A stretch of DNA of 64,000 bases from Octopus sinensis (Eukaryota): contig NC_043002.1 of assembly GCF_006345805.1 (NCBI RefSeq), positions 93,806,001-93,870,000 of the forward strand, read 5' to 3'. The stretch's first letter is position 1. Each line of letters opens with the position of its first letter. This document shows positions 36,490-49,314 of this stretch, in pieces. The notes under the pieces were generated by a model. The model saw only the letters and a program-made list of their open reading frames with translations, did not search any database and had not been told where the DNA came from. The position numbers were made by a program, and so were the translations under genes.

Positions 36490-36800
36490 GGAATTTATGA
36501 TAAATTATATATATATATATATATGTAAAAGTAAAAAAAATATACAAACTGGGACAAGAACGTGAAACATTTAGAAGACGACACAAAAAACGGACGGGAC
36601 ATCCGAAGCCCTCAATCATCAGTCAAGAACCGGATCATCCTCGCAACCTCGGCTGATTAATCTTATATATATATACGACAGGCTTCTTTCAGTTCCTCTA
36701 CCAAATCCACTCACAAAGCTTTGGTCGGCTCGAGGCTATAGCAAAAGACACTTGCCAAAGGTGCCACACAGTTGGACTGAACCCGAAAACATTTGGGCTG
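36205..36800 (-). mobile_element. SINE family B with a foreign ~125-bp repeat inserted in its internal (TA)n
   Basis: Tail 36205-36420, head 36673-36800; insert 36540-36665 homologous to 25455-25560. Confidence 0.8.
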
Positions 36801-37931
36801 GGAAACGGGAAATTTTTCTTATCGTTTTTTAGCTAAAAAGAAAACAAAACAAACTGTACTACAATATATATTCTAGCATAATTAATTGCTTGTATATATT
36901 ATTACTTGGCGTATAAAAATTACTTGGCAGTGCAGATAATTTTGCTGTAACCATAGTGATATAGTACTGATTGGTCACCTACTTGGTAGCAAGGTTGCGA
37001 AGGAAAATATCTTGCTTTAACCATCCAATCATTCTTTAAATCTTAAGAAGATATTGCAGATTTTTTGTCCCAGATATTGTGATCATTTGTAGTATGTATG
37101 TATGTATGTATGTATGTATGTATGTATGTATGTATGTATGTATGTATGTATGTATGTATGTGTGTGTGTGTGGGTGTGTATGAAGCTATGTATGGAGTGG
37201 ACCAAAAGTCACGGAGTCTGAGATTTTTTGTACTTTTTTAAACATTGTTATTAAATATAGAAACTCGTTCGCGATGACTTTTTTGTATGTAATATTTAAG
37301 AAAAATGCATACAAGTTATCCAAAAAAAAAAATTTATTGAAATTCAGACCCCTTCGTGAATTTAGGTTCACCCTATTATCAATGCACGTGGGTGTACGTA
37401 CGTGTGTATGTATGTATGTATGTATGTATGTATGTATGTATGTATGTATGTATGTATGCGTATATGTGTGCGTGCGTGTGCTCAGGCGCGCGTATGTGCG
37501 GGCACGTATGTAGGTGTTTGCAATTCTTGAATGCTTGTATGTATATTTTATGTGTGCGGGTAGATATGATACTAGTTCTAGAGAAAGCTGTATAAACAAA
37601 CATAAACAGAATATCAAACGCACAAACTTACAACGAAATAGATGGATGGATAGATAGAGAGGATGAGTGAGAGAGAGAGAGGGGAGAGGGGGAGAGAGAG
37701 AAAAAGAGAGAGAGAAAGAGAGACAGACAGAGGGAAAGAGAGAGAGAGAGAGATTTAAAAAAAAACTTTTCGTATAGAATCCATTTGTGCACGCACGAAT
37801 AACTGTGTACCAAAGTTTGCAAATAATCTCTATCTTTCTCTCTCTGTCTCTCTCTCTCACGCTCTTTCACGCTCTTTCGCGCTCTCTCTCACTCTCTCTC
37901 TCACACGCTCTCTCGCTCTCTCTCTCACACG

Positions 37932-37963
<32 letters not shown>

Positions 37964-38330
37964 GACACACACAGATGTAAATGTATTAGTAAGTGTATGT
38001 GTAAAAAAATATATATATTTGTAAAATATGTAAAAGGTGTTATTACATATATCTATGCACGTGTGTTTGTGTGTACATATATTTAAATACACACGCACGC
38101 ACACACACACACACATGTACGTACACACACATACGCACACACACACTATACATTCGCCACCCCCCACCACCACCACATATATATATACATCAAGTACACA
38201 TATTTTTCAAAAGAACTAAAGCAGTGTTTCCCAACCTATTTTAACCCCAATTCTCACTATAACGTTCCAATAAAATGTGTGCCCCACCAGTGATTAGAAA
38301 AACAAGTATAGGTGTATTTATATGTACACA

Positions 38331-38534
38331 CAAGAGAGCGCTGAAAATTTCCTGACTTTGGGTAAAATAAAATAGAGGAGGATCAGTTAATTATGATTTT
38401 ATTCGACATAATCCCACACTTATTGCAGCAGCCCTTCAGTTTCTCTAAGCTCTGTAAAAGAACGCGGAATGTTGGGCCTCCAACCAGAGCCTTCGTGACA
38501 CCCTTAAAACCAAAAGCTTTTCAGCACCCCTTCG
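38331..38534. mobile_element. ~200-bp mariner-type MITE
   Basis: Imperfect TIR gctgaaaa.ttcctg / ttttcagcacccc; homologous to 55279-55496. Confidence 0.65.
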
Positions 38535-39346
38535 TATGATACTGTTCTCGAGGTGACTTAGGAAACGAAGGTAGCAGACCACTAATTTAATGTAATTCAT
38601 TTATGAAGGACATTGATGTTGTTTAACCACAGGTTACTCTTGATTTAGTTTTAATGCTCAAGCCGTGATCACCCCATCTTCTTAATAGTTAGTATATCTA
38701 TTACGAAGTTATCCAATCTTTATTTATTTATTCTTTTTCACAAAAAAGAGAATAAGGTTTTGGGTGAGATTAGGGGATTTGGACTTGGAAGAACATTTGA
38801 AAATTATTTCTAGGAGGTCATGCGGCTACGAGAAGTTTCTTCGCTGACACGTAAACTTTGGAGCAGAGATCGTCGTTTCGCATCCTTTGATCAACATTGA
38901 TTCGAGCCCATGACCAAGGCATTTGGTCCTCATTGATAGAACCAAACCTAATTTTAAGTAAGAAAGTAAGTAAGTACAGTGGTTCATTCACAGTTACGTT
39001 AGGCAGTGGTAGCATTGTAGGACCGACGAATGTCTTATCAAATGGACTTGAAAATTTTAATTAAATTTATTTTCGCTACACCAAAGAAGATACCTTCTAT
39101 ACACTTACATATATGCCTCCTAATTACTCACAAATGCTCTTGCTGTATACTTGTGAGTATACCTGCAATATACTACCATCCTATACAGGGCTAGGTTTAT
39201 TTTTCGAAAAGTGGAAATAAGTATTGGTCCTTTATTCGTTGTAGTTAAGAAAGCTTAATCATCAATTACAATAAATAAACAAACAAATAAATAGACAAAG
39301 GCAGTGGGAGAAAAGACTAAGAATACGATCGGAATTGGCGCTAGGT

Positions 39347-39945
39347 GACTGTAGCAGGGTGGTTTACTATGGTAGAATGGCTTACTGTGGTAGAAACTTT
39401 TGCTGTGCTAAAATAAGTTTTCTGCAGAAGAATAGTTAACTATGGTAGAAGGTGACCGAACAGTTTTTTGTGGTCAAAGAGCTTGCAAAGGTTGAACAGT
39501 TTACAGAGATAAAAAGGTTTACTGTGGTGGAACGGATTACTGTGGTAGAACATTTTAATGTGGCAGAGCGGTTTACCGTGGTAAAACAGTTTAATGTGGT
39601 AGAACAGCTACCTGTGATAGGGCAGCTTACTGTGGTAGAATTGGCTTGCTGTGGTTGGACGGCTTAACGTGCCAAAACGCTTTGCTGTGGTAGAACAAGA
39701 AAGTTTTACTGTGGTAGAATAGTTGACTGGTAGAACAATCGACTGTGGTAGAACAGTTGACTGTGGGAGACTGGTCTAGCATGGTAGAACAGTTGACTGT
39801 GGGGGAATGGTCTAGCATGGTAGAACAGTTGACTGGTAAAACGGCTTACTCTAGTAACATATTTTAATGTGGTAGAACTGTTGACGGGGGTAGTATAGTT
39901 TACTGTGGTAAAACGGCTTACTGATAGAACAGTTTACTATAATAA
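39347..39945. repeat. degenerate 18-bp minisatellite (consensus ~actgtggtagaacagttt), about 30 copies
   Basis: 18-bp periodicity giving the 6-aa repeats FTVVER/ITVVEH/FNVVEQ; 36-bp higher-order duplication near 39755-39835. Confidence 0.9.
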
Positions 39946-40534
39946 TACAGGTTCTTGAAGAACGTACTACGTGAGTTGCACGAAACAGACTCGGCACCAT
40001 CACTTGATCGTCTTAAAAATAGGGACAAAGTCTCTCTTAAAACAAGGACACATCGGAGACGACGCAGTCCTAGACAAAATAAAATAGTATGGTCAATGCA
40101 GAATTGCCATTGATCATGACCATAGGGCAACAACGTGCTTACGTAGCGAGAAATATTCAATTCAGGTTATTTTCCGCAATGTCAATTATCAGTGTTTAGA
40201 GAAGTTACTTCTCCGGGATTTTTTTTATTTAATGATTTTACAGAAACTAATATCAGAATCATTTGGGTGCTAAACTTTGTCGTTAAATGTTAATGTGCTT
40301 ATTTATTTATTTATTTATTGCACGAAAATTAGGATTTCGAAATTGGTTTGCGATTTTCCAAATTCTTTGTTCGTTTGTTTCTTTCTTTCTTTCCTTCCTT
40401 CCTTCCTACCTTCCTTCTTTCTTTCTCTTATTATTTCTTTACCTCGATGGTGATTCTGAAGGTTTATCTTGTCTGATACTTAAAATAAATAAGTAAGCGG
40501 CTTCTTCTGAATTAGATAAATTTTTCAAAGTTTT

Positions 40535-41012
40535 AAGGCGTGGTCGTGTGATAAGAAACTTGCCTCTCTACATGGTTCTGGCGTCAGTTACACTACGTAA
40601 CATTTCAGATAAGTGTCTTCTAACTAAATCCGACGAAAGCCTTGTGAATCTACTTGGCTGACGGAAACGTGTGTGTGTTTGAGTGTGTGTGTGTGTGTGT
40701 TTGAGTATGTGTATGTATGTGTGTGAGAGAGAGAGAGAGAATGCGCGTTTGTGTGTGTTTACATTTGTATTCATTCCCACCCCCGTTTGACAGCCGGTGT
40801 TGGTTTGATTACATCCCGGTAACATAGCGGTTTGCTAAAAGAGATCGAATAAGTACCAGGCTTTCCAAAAGAGATCGAATAAGTACGAGGCTTTCCAAAA
40901 ACAAGCAAAAAAAAAACTAATGGGGTCGATTCACTCAACCTCTTTAAGGTTGTGCTCTAGTATGGCCACAGTCCAGTGATTGAAACAAGTTAAAAAAATA
41001 AAAGATAAAAGA
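40535..41012 (+). mobile_element. SINE family B, old diverged copy
   Basis: Degenerate head and tail; internal ~30-bp tandem duplication at 40837-40900. Confidence 0.7.
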
Positions 41013-41234
41013 TAAATATTTAAGGTTCGGTCAACCACTAATCTCTGATGGCATTGATTTTCAGCCGATTCCTTAAACCGCTGGTCAGCAAACGCTTCTA
41101 CAAGAAGATTTTTAAAAAAAATTCTTTTATTTAGAACTTATCCGAATATCAGTCGAAAGTTGGAAAACCGGTACACGAGGTGAAAGTTTAGCAGAAATCT
41201 TAAAAGTTACCTAACTTGAAGCGATAGTCTTGAG

Positions 41235-41759
41235 TAGTGGGTCTCAACCGGGGTCTCTATGGCCCTTGGAAGTCCTTATAAGATTTAACTGTTAAAATTT
41301 ATGGAGTTATATTTCTCTAATAAAACGATAAAAAACGGGACTCATGCGCCTAGTTTCCCGGTTTCTGTGGCGTATGTGTTACGCCCAGCTGGACGGGACG
41401 CCAGTCCATCGCAGCGTTACTCAAGAAACAGGAAGAGAGAGTGAGAGAACGTTGTGGCGAAAGAGTACAACAGGGGTCGCCACCACCCGCTTCCGGAGCC
41501 TCGTGGAGTTTTTAGGCGCTTTCGCTAAATAAACACACACAACGGCTGGTCTGGGAATCGAAACTGCAATCCTCCAACCGCTGCCTCCACATATTTCTCC
41601 AATGCTCAAAATATCTTTGTATACAATTCCTAATAATATTTAATCATAAAAAATATTCAATCATAAAAATATAATAGGAGTTTTCAGACATCAAATGATT
41701 ATGTCGGTCCCTGCCTCTGAGTAAAATAGCAAAAAAAAAAAAATGGTTGAGAAAAACTG
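41235..41759. mobile_element. hAT (Charlie-type) MITE carrying a SINE
   Basis: TIR tagtgggtctcaacc / ggttgagaaaaactg; 8-bp TSD gtcttgag / gtctagag. Confidence 0.75.
41322..41590 (-). mobile_element. tRNA-derived SINE (head A, tail 2) inside the hAT MITE
   Basis: TSD atatttctc(t/c)aat at 41309-41321 and 41591-41603. Confidence 0.85.
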
Positions 41760-41928
41760 GTCTAGAGCAATCTACTACATTGTGGCTTGAAGATCAGCTC
41801 CTAATACCAATCGTTATAATAAGTAATGAAGGTGATACAATAGTGAAATATGTTTTCAAGGTTCGCGCCTAACCCTTAACTTCAAATTTGCAATTGTTTG
41901 GTCATGAAACTTTCAAGTTGTCCCGTTT

Positions 41929-41976
41929 CCTCCTCCTCCTCCTCCTCCTACAACAACTACTACTACTACAACAACA

Positions 41977-42037
<61 letters not shown>

Positions 42038-42063
42038 CTTCTTCTTCTTCTTCTTCTTCTTCT
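41929..42063. repeat. compound trinucleotide microsatellite (CCT/CAA/CTA/CTT)
   Basis: Visible runs; source of the poly-L and poly-R ORFs. Confidence 0.95.
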
Positions 42064-42178
42064 CTCTTCCCTTTTGATGATCGACCAGATATTCATGTGT
42101 TCAGTTAAACTATTGAGACTAACTTGATTTAAGTTTTGCTTCATGATAAGCTTGCAAATCTTGGCTTGCGATGTTGTA

Positions 42179-43443
42179 TTGGGTCATGCCATAAATAATG
42201 CGGTTTTTTATATACTTCCTTTATTCTTCAAAATTAAGATAAACAAAGTTTTTTAATCTAAAATATTCTCCCCTTCATCTTCTATAATGTTCTATCTATC
42301 TGGTAGACTTGTAAGGGGCCTCTTCCAAAATTCACTTGTCCATTACGAAAAATATTCCTTCAGTACTGTTCTGACTTCGTCTATAGAATTCAGATTTTTC
42401 CGTCCAAATGATTTTGAAAACTGCGGAATAAATGATAATCAGATGGGGCAATGTCCGACGAATATGCTTGGTGGGGCATCGTTTCCCATTCAAACTGCTC
42501 CAGCTTTTGGAATGTCATCCTCGCGGTATGTGGCCGAGCATCATCCTGATAGAAGAATACCTTTCGTCTTGAAACCAAAGATGGTCGTTTTTCTTATAGC
42601 ACTGACTTAAACCGCTCAAGTTGCTCGCAGTAGATCTCCATTGTTATCGTTGGGTTTGGGTTTAAAAGTTCAAAGTGGACTAAATCGTTTATATTCCACC
42701 AAACAGATAATAGCACCTTACGTGGGTGAAGACCTTTTTTAACCTGGAGCGCCGGTGTTTCTCCTTTCTCTACCCACTGTTCTCGGCGCTTGACATTTTT
42801 ATAGAGAGCCCATTTCTCGTCACCAATCACTATTCGGTCCAAAAAAAAGAAAGAAAAAAAAAGGTTCATTCGTGAGACGAGCACACTTTCACTCTATGCG
42901 CGAGATTAGATTCGGAAAGTTTGTGAGGAACCTATTGACCCAATTTGCTGACTTTTCCGATGATACACATGTGTCGATGAATGGCTGAATGACCAAATCC
43001 AAGCTTCTCTGATAGTTCCTCAACAGTTGCAATGGGATTTTGTTCCACCAGAGTTTGTAGGACGCCCTCGTCGAGCTCTATAGGTTTTCCAAGACGAGGC
43101 TTATCTTATAGGCTGTAATTTCTGGCTCGGAATTTCGGGAACAACCATTGACACTAGTTTACGCTTATTGTCCGATCCCCATATATTGCAATAATATTCC
43201 ACGCACTTTCCGTTGCGTTGTTGCCTTTATTGAACTCATAAAGCAAAATATGCTGAATATGCTCCTTTGTCACTTTCATTAGAGCTTTCAAAAAATAACC
43301 GTTAAAATCGATCTGCACTCATCAAAACTTGTACTAAAAATAAGGACAAGGTAAAATTACTACCTGCAGGTAGTTTATCCCGTCCCCGTCTGACTTTTAG
43401 TTCATGCAATTGAAAAAATCGCATTATTTATGGGATAATCCAG
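42179..43443 (-). mobile_element. near full-length mariner (DD34D-type) element with pseudogenised transposase
   Basis: ~30-bp TIRs ttgggtcatgccataaataatgcggtttttt / aaaaaatcgcattatttatgggataatccag; IVIGDEKWALYKN, LLSVWW, YQDDARPH, YSSDIAPSDYHLFRS. Confidence 0.92.
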
Positions 43444-44394
43444 CATATATATGAATCATTCTGATATGCATTACTTGTATACACACACACTCAAGTGCTT
43501 CGATGCCTGACGTAGGTGGAGACTCATTTCTTACAGTATGTTCTCACATAGCAGTCCTCTCTCCATTTTTACATAATTTCTGCTCAAAGTCAGCAACCTA
43601 GATTCTATCTTGCCCACCTACCACATCTCTCTCTCTGTCGCCCTCTCTCCCTCACCCTTTGTCTCTCTCTCTCTCTGTTGCCCTCTCTCTCTCTCACCCT
43701 TTGTCTCTCTCTCTCCCTCTGTCTCCTTCTCCTCCTCCTCCCCTCTCGCCGCTTTTTCTCTGCTCTTTGTTTCTCCATCAGCCCGCCTTTTTTTTTTTTG
43801 GCTTTTACTTCTCTGCGGGTCTTTTTCTCATGTTGAAGAGTGTAATAATTGCAAACAGGCATTTTCTGACCTGAACTGCAGCTGTGAAAAAGAAAATTAG
43901 GTTATGATAACAACGTTAACTTTATCAAATGTATTTGAACATATCTTCTGTATCAAATTTGTTTTAAATAATAAGAAATGTGGCACAACTCAACCACAGT
44001 GATTCCGTTCTTGAATTTGTTTAAGTCATTAAGGCTGCAACCTCGTTGGTGCAATGTTTTTTTATAGGTGACTGCTCCTTGTTGCTGTTATCGTCACTGC
44101 TACAGGTCGTGACGTTCATGTTTGGTCGTATTTCATAAAGCAATCTTAAAATCAGCAAGTTTTTGTTGATTGTTCTGCTCGTTTTTTTTGTTTTTTTTAA
44201 TATTATTTTTCTTCCATATAGTTGATTATAAACACTAAAATATAGCGCGATTATATAATTATTGTAAATGAACTTTTTTTTTAGTTCCTCGCCTATTTAA
44301 AAAAATTTTTTTTTTTTTTGAAAGCATTTGAGCTGCAATTGCAAGTGTGGGAAAAAGTTGTATGAAAAAATACATTTGCATTGCACCAAGTAAT

Positions 44395-44610
44395 ACAGAT
44401 TTCAAATTCTGGCACAATGCCAGAAATTTCGGGGGCAGGGTTAAGTCGATTACATCGACCCTGAAAACTCAGCTGGTATTTATTTTATCGACCCCGAAAA
44501 GATGAAAGGCAAAGTCGACCTCGGAGCAATTTAAACTCAGAACGAGAAGACGGACTAAATACCACAATGCATTTTGCCCGACGCGCTAACGATTCTGCCA
44601 GCTCGCCGCC
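44395..44610 (-). mobile_element. SINE family C (ggcgagctggcagaa head), diverged
   Basis: Reverse complement of the gaggtcgactttgcctttcatc core. Confidence 0.75.
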
Positions 44611-44713
44611 TTATTTCAGCAAGTAATATAAACTGGCTTTTTGAAATCCCATAGTGTGACAGATTAAATTCGTAACCAAATTTATATGTACACCTACGTA
44701 CATAGATACATAA

Positions 44714-44857
44714 TACATACATACATACATACATACATACATACATACATACATACATACATACATACGTACATACATACATACATACATACATACATAC
44801 ATACATACATACATACATACATACATACATACATACATACATACATACATACATACA
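44714..44857. repeat. (ATAC)n microsatellite
   Basis: Tetranucleotide run. Confidence 0.95.
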
Positions 44858-44949
44858 TGTATATATGTATGTATGCATGTATGTATATCCTGAGTGTGCC
44901 TTTAAACTGGACTTTGCAGAGAGGCCCTTGTGTAGGACTTCAAGGATTT

Positions 44950-45330
44950 TAAGAAGTGCCTAACTACTGCTTACCCACTATTATTCCCAGATCTTCTCTT
45001 ATCCGGAGTAGTAGAACCTGTTAAGGTCCAAGCTATGGCTTAATTAGCATGTGAACCAGTGGCAGTGGAACACCATAGTTCGCGTTAGAACTTTCTTCTA
45101 GTCGAGGGTAAACTCGTGTAAAAGAAAGTTTGAAGTGCATTTGGTTTCTGATCGTCTCACCCTCCGTGATGCTACTGGTTTTATAGCTGATTGTACTAAA
45201 AAGCGGATTCATTTCTGTGCAACCCTTTACCCACTCAAAACAAATGCAAGCATAAGAATCTATAGGGCCCTTAGAACGTTTGCGCGGACTTACTGAGTTT
45301 CGGATGTAGTCTTACTCGGTCATAAGTTGA
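44950..45330 (+). mobile_element. old RTE-related non-autonomous repeat
   Basis: Colinear with 55800-56170 (gagtagtag.acctgtta.ggtcc, gcatgtgaacca, ccactcaaaacaaat, gtagtct.actcggtca). Confidence 0.6.
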
Positions 45331-45381
45331 CTTCTACCATGCATGCATGTACTTACGCACGCACGTACGTACGTACGCACG

Positions 45382-45415
<34 letters not shown>

Positions 45416-46979
45416 TGTATGTATGTATGTATGTATGTATGTATGTATGTATGTATGTATGTATGCATGTATGTATGTTTTTTTTCTATATTTAATTATT
45501 TAAATTCTTTCTTTGAAGAAGGAGCTGGTTTTTAACTAAGATACAAAGCTCCATCATTGGAGGGTAGATAACGAAAACAAAGTTACATTTTAAACCTGAG
45601 AAAAGTCTTGCATAGTTTCGCTTACAGATTGTATTTGTAATGTGCGAGTCACTTGGTTGATTTCTGTCACTGAAAATCAAAGCTTATCCAGATTACACCA
45701 ATTATTTTTATTATAAATGTAATTTTGCATTTATGTATATATGTATGTATGTACAAACGTTTGTGTGTTTATATGTATGTATAAATGCATAAAATGCTTG
45801 TATGGCTTCTCGTTGTTCATCAGGTCTTATGGACAGCCATGTTTACCTTTCTCTGTGGGTCGTTAAACGACTGTATATCTCGATTTTTGGCGCGCAAGTT
45901 TATCGTCTGACAGTACATGTAAATGTTTGATTTAAGGCCAGGTATTACTATGCATGCATGCTTTTCTTCTTGCTGCAAATGTGTTCGTCCTCTGTTTGTC
46001 TGTCTGTCTGCCTCTCTCTCTCTCTTTCTCTCTGTATATATATTTATAGTCAATCTCTCTCCAACAGTAAAGATATTCAAAGTAAATGGAAGCTAGCATT
46101 GCCTACTTTTTGTGAAGGGTCGATGGTTATTCCTTGAAGTGTTCTCATTCACATACGCACAAATACAAATTGTAGCAGACATTCACCAGCATTTCAAGTG
46201 ACACAACCATTGTTTAACTTCTCGCACTCTGAGAAAGTGCTCTAAGTATTACCCCTTCCAAAAAAATAGAAATAAAACAAAACAAAAAACAAAAAAGAAA
46301 ACAAAAGAACAACTGTTTCTATGTAAACCATATTATATCGTAAAGTTGCAATCTAATCAGGCTATTAAATATCACTAAATGTCACCATATCATATACAGA
46401 CTTCGCAAAAATGAGAAGAAAAATTATGGCAAGCAGGCGCACGCGCACACACAAGCATGCACCCTCCCACACACACATACACAATCATTTTTTTTTTCAT
46501 ATTCCTGTTGGATTTGGTTAATATTGCACAAGTAGCTTATTGTTTAAAATTTGAAAAACAAAACCAGTATTCATATATATACACATATATTATATGCATA
46601 TATATAAATATATGCGTGTATGCATGTTTGCGCATGTGCATTATATATATGTGGGGGGGTGTATACATACATAAGTATGATATGATTAGTTCTGCTTCCC
46701 ATTATTTTTGTTTCCTTTCCATTCTTCTTTGTTGTCTTTCTTTTTTCTTTCTTTCGACAATTTAAAATACTCACTATGAAACACTTTAGAGTTAAACAAT
46801 AACTTATTTGTGCATTATTTTACACAAGCCACATACGTGTTACAGAAATGAGACAGAAGTGAAAATAATTCTATTTCTACGGAAATAGATACAATTAATC
46901 TCGTTCCAAAATCGACTCAACATGTGCTCTTGAAAAGACACATTACCAGTAATATATAACAGAATGTTATATATGTATA

Positions 46980-47197
46980 TTTATTTCTTTACTACCCACA
47001 AGGGGCTAAACACAGAGGGGACAAACAAGGACAGACAAAGGGATTAAGTCGACTACATCAACCCCAGTGCGTAACTGGTACTTAATTTATCGACCCCGAA
47101 AGGAGGAAAGGCAAAGTCGACCACGGCGGAATTTGAACTCGGAACGTAACGACAGACGAATTTCGCCCGGCGTGCTAACGTTTCTACCAGCTCGCCG
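46980..47197 (-). mobile_element. SINE family C, full length
   Basis: Reverse complement of 53727-53952. Confidence 0.88.
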
Positions 47198-47212
47198 CTG
47201 GTATATTGTATA

Positions 47213-47488
47213 TTGTTGTTGTTTGTTCCTTCTCGAGCCATGCCTGGCTCATAAGGGCCGGTTTCCCGGTTTCTTGGCGTATAGGTTCCCCACCTGGACG
47301 GGACGCCAGTCCATCGCAGGTGAGCTGCAAGATGCAGAAGGGAAGAGTGAGAGAAAGTTGTGGCGAAGGAGTCAGCAGAAGTTTCGCCGTTACCTTCTGC
47401 CGGAGCCGCGTGGAGCTTAGGTGTTTCGCTCATAAACACGCACATCACCCGGTCTGCTGCTCTAACCACTAGGCCATGTGCCTCCCCC
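47213..47488 (-). mobile_element. tRNA-derived SINE (head A-like, tail 2) with a deletion in the head
   Basis: Very similar to 20094-20394. Confidence 0.88.
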
Positions 47489-47714
47489 ATATATGTATAT
47501 GTATGTGTGACAAGAGAAAGGTTACTCAATACAGGGAGCAAAGTTAGTGTCTTTAATTAAAAGAAGCCAATGGTGCATTCTATTGCCTTACAGATTGTAT
47601 TAGGATGTGGAATTTTTTCAGATAAATACATATTGCAACTTCTTGCTCCATCAAGAGTACGCTTCACAGAAGCGTTTTCGATTCTCTAAATTTTGAATTA
47701 CATTGATACAGTGG

Positions 47715-48140
47715 GTGGAGGTGCGTGGCTTAGTGGTTAGGGTGTTGAACTCATAATCGTAAGATTGTGGTTTCGAATCCTGGACCGGGCGACGCGTTGT
47801 GTTCTTGAGCAAAACACTTCATTTCACATTGCTCCAGTCCACTCAGCTGGCAAAAATGAGTAACGCTGCGATGGATTGGCGTCCCGTCCAGCTAGAGAAT
47901 ACATACGCCATAGAAACCGGGAAACCGGGCCATAGAAACCGGGAAACTGGCTGGGCTTTAAAAGGGCGAGTGAAGGCACGTGGCTTAGTGGTTAGGGTGT
48001 TGAACTCATAATCGTAAGATTGTGGTTTCGATTCCTGGACCGGGTGATGTGTTGTGTTCTTGAGCAAAACACTTCATTTCACGTTGCTCCAGTCCACTCA
48101 GCTGGCAAAAATGAGTAACGTTGCGAGGACTGGCGTCCCG
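47715..48140 (+). mobile_element. head-to-tail dimer of SINE head D/tail 2 (47715-47969 and 47970-48140)
   Basis: Two near-identical heads gtggcttagtggttagggtgttgaactcataatcg. Confidence 0.88.
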
Positions 48141-48254
48141 TTAAGCTGTTTATATGTGGAAACTACCTGGTTTCTAGGGAAATGGGGACCTCTATGTAGG
48201 TCACATGACATACTAATATAAAGTATGTCATAAAAGGGAAAAATCGCATTTTGT

Positions 48255-48500
48255 CTTTTATCTTTTAATTGTTTCAGTCATTGGACTGTGGCCATGCTGG
48301 GGTACTGCCTTAAAGGGTTTAGTCGAACAAATTTATTCCAGTGCTTAAGTTATTTCTTCCCCACTTATTTTTTCTTTTTGTAAGCCTAGTGCTTATCGGT
48401 CTCTTTTTGCGGAACCGCTAGCTAACAGGGGTGTAAACAAACCAACGTGGTTGTCAAGCGGTGGCCAATAGGTAACAGACAAGCACAGTTTCACACATAG
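48255..48500 (-). mobile_element. SINE family B 3' half, diverged
   Basis: tgtttcagtcattggactgtggccatgctgg...ggttgtcaagcggtgg. Confidence 0.7.
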
Positions 48501-48605
48501 ACGAGCACACACACATATGTGAGTGTGCGTGCGTGAGTTATGAGGCACACACACACACGTGTGTGTAGGGGAGGTTAGGGTTAGGGTGTGTGTGTGTGTG
48601 TGTGT

Positions 48606-48915
48606 GTGAAGGAGCATGGCTCAGTGGTTAGAGCGTCCGGCTCACAATCATGAGGTAGTGATTTCGATTCCCGGACCGCGTTGTGTGTTGTGTTCTTCTA
48701 CAAGACAGTTTATTTCACGTTGCTCCAGTTCATTCAGATTTAGAAAAGAGTTGCGACGCCACTGGTGCCATGCTGAATCGGTCTTTGCTTTTCCCTTGAA
48801 CAACATCGGTGGGGTGGCTGGTATGCATGGGCGACCGTTGGTCTTTCATAAATAAGCTTGCCTAGACTCGTACCTTGGAGACTAACTTTCTAGGTGAAAT
48901 CTCATGATCATTCAT
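48606..48915 (+). mobile_element. diverged tRNA-derived SINE (head D-like)
   Basis: tggctcagtggttagagcg A box, tttcgattcccgg B box, atttcacgttgctccagt core. Confidence 0.7.
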
Positions 48916-49314
48916 CTGTTTCACCGGTTTCCACTCAATTTCCGTTTACCAAATTCATTTGCAAGGCAATAGTTGATCTTGTGGTGGTGATTGTAGTGGT
49001 GGTGGTGGTGGTAGTGGTAGTGTTGGTTCTAGAAGTAATTCTTTGGATACAGATCAGTGAATAGTTCTAATGAGAATTTCTTGGGTATTTCCCAGATATA
49101 AATAAACATCACAATACCATTGATATTAAGAAAAAAAATTCCAACACGCACACTATATGTGCATGTGTATGCATACATCCATTGTGTATTTATATTTTTG
49201 CGTATACATCTTCATGTACATAAATATATATGTACCGTATCTATATTTATTTCGAATATTTCCCGAGATATGACGTAATTCATTTGATAATTTTCTAGTT
49301 ATACTATCTTCGAA

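Noticed and set aside
36610-36630. Hammerhead from minus-strand CTGATGA
   Set aside because: No stem II followed by GAAA
38814-38860. Claudin exon 2 candidate (GGHAATRSFF)
   Set aside because: Stop after 13 codons and no transmembrane segment
39951-40113. Protein-like terminal exon FLKNVLRELHETDS...
   Set aside because: Phase incompatible with the 35488 donor, weak acceptor, no recognisable family
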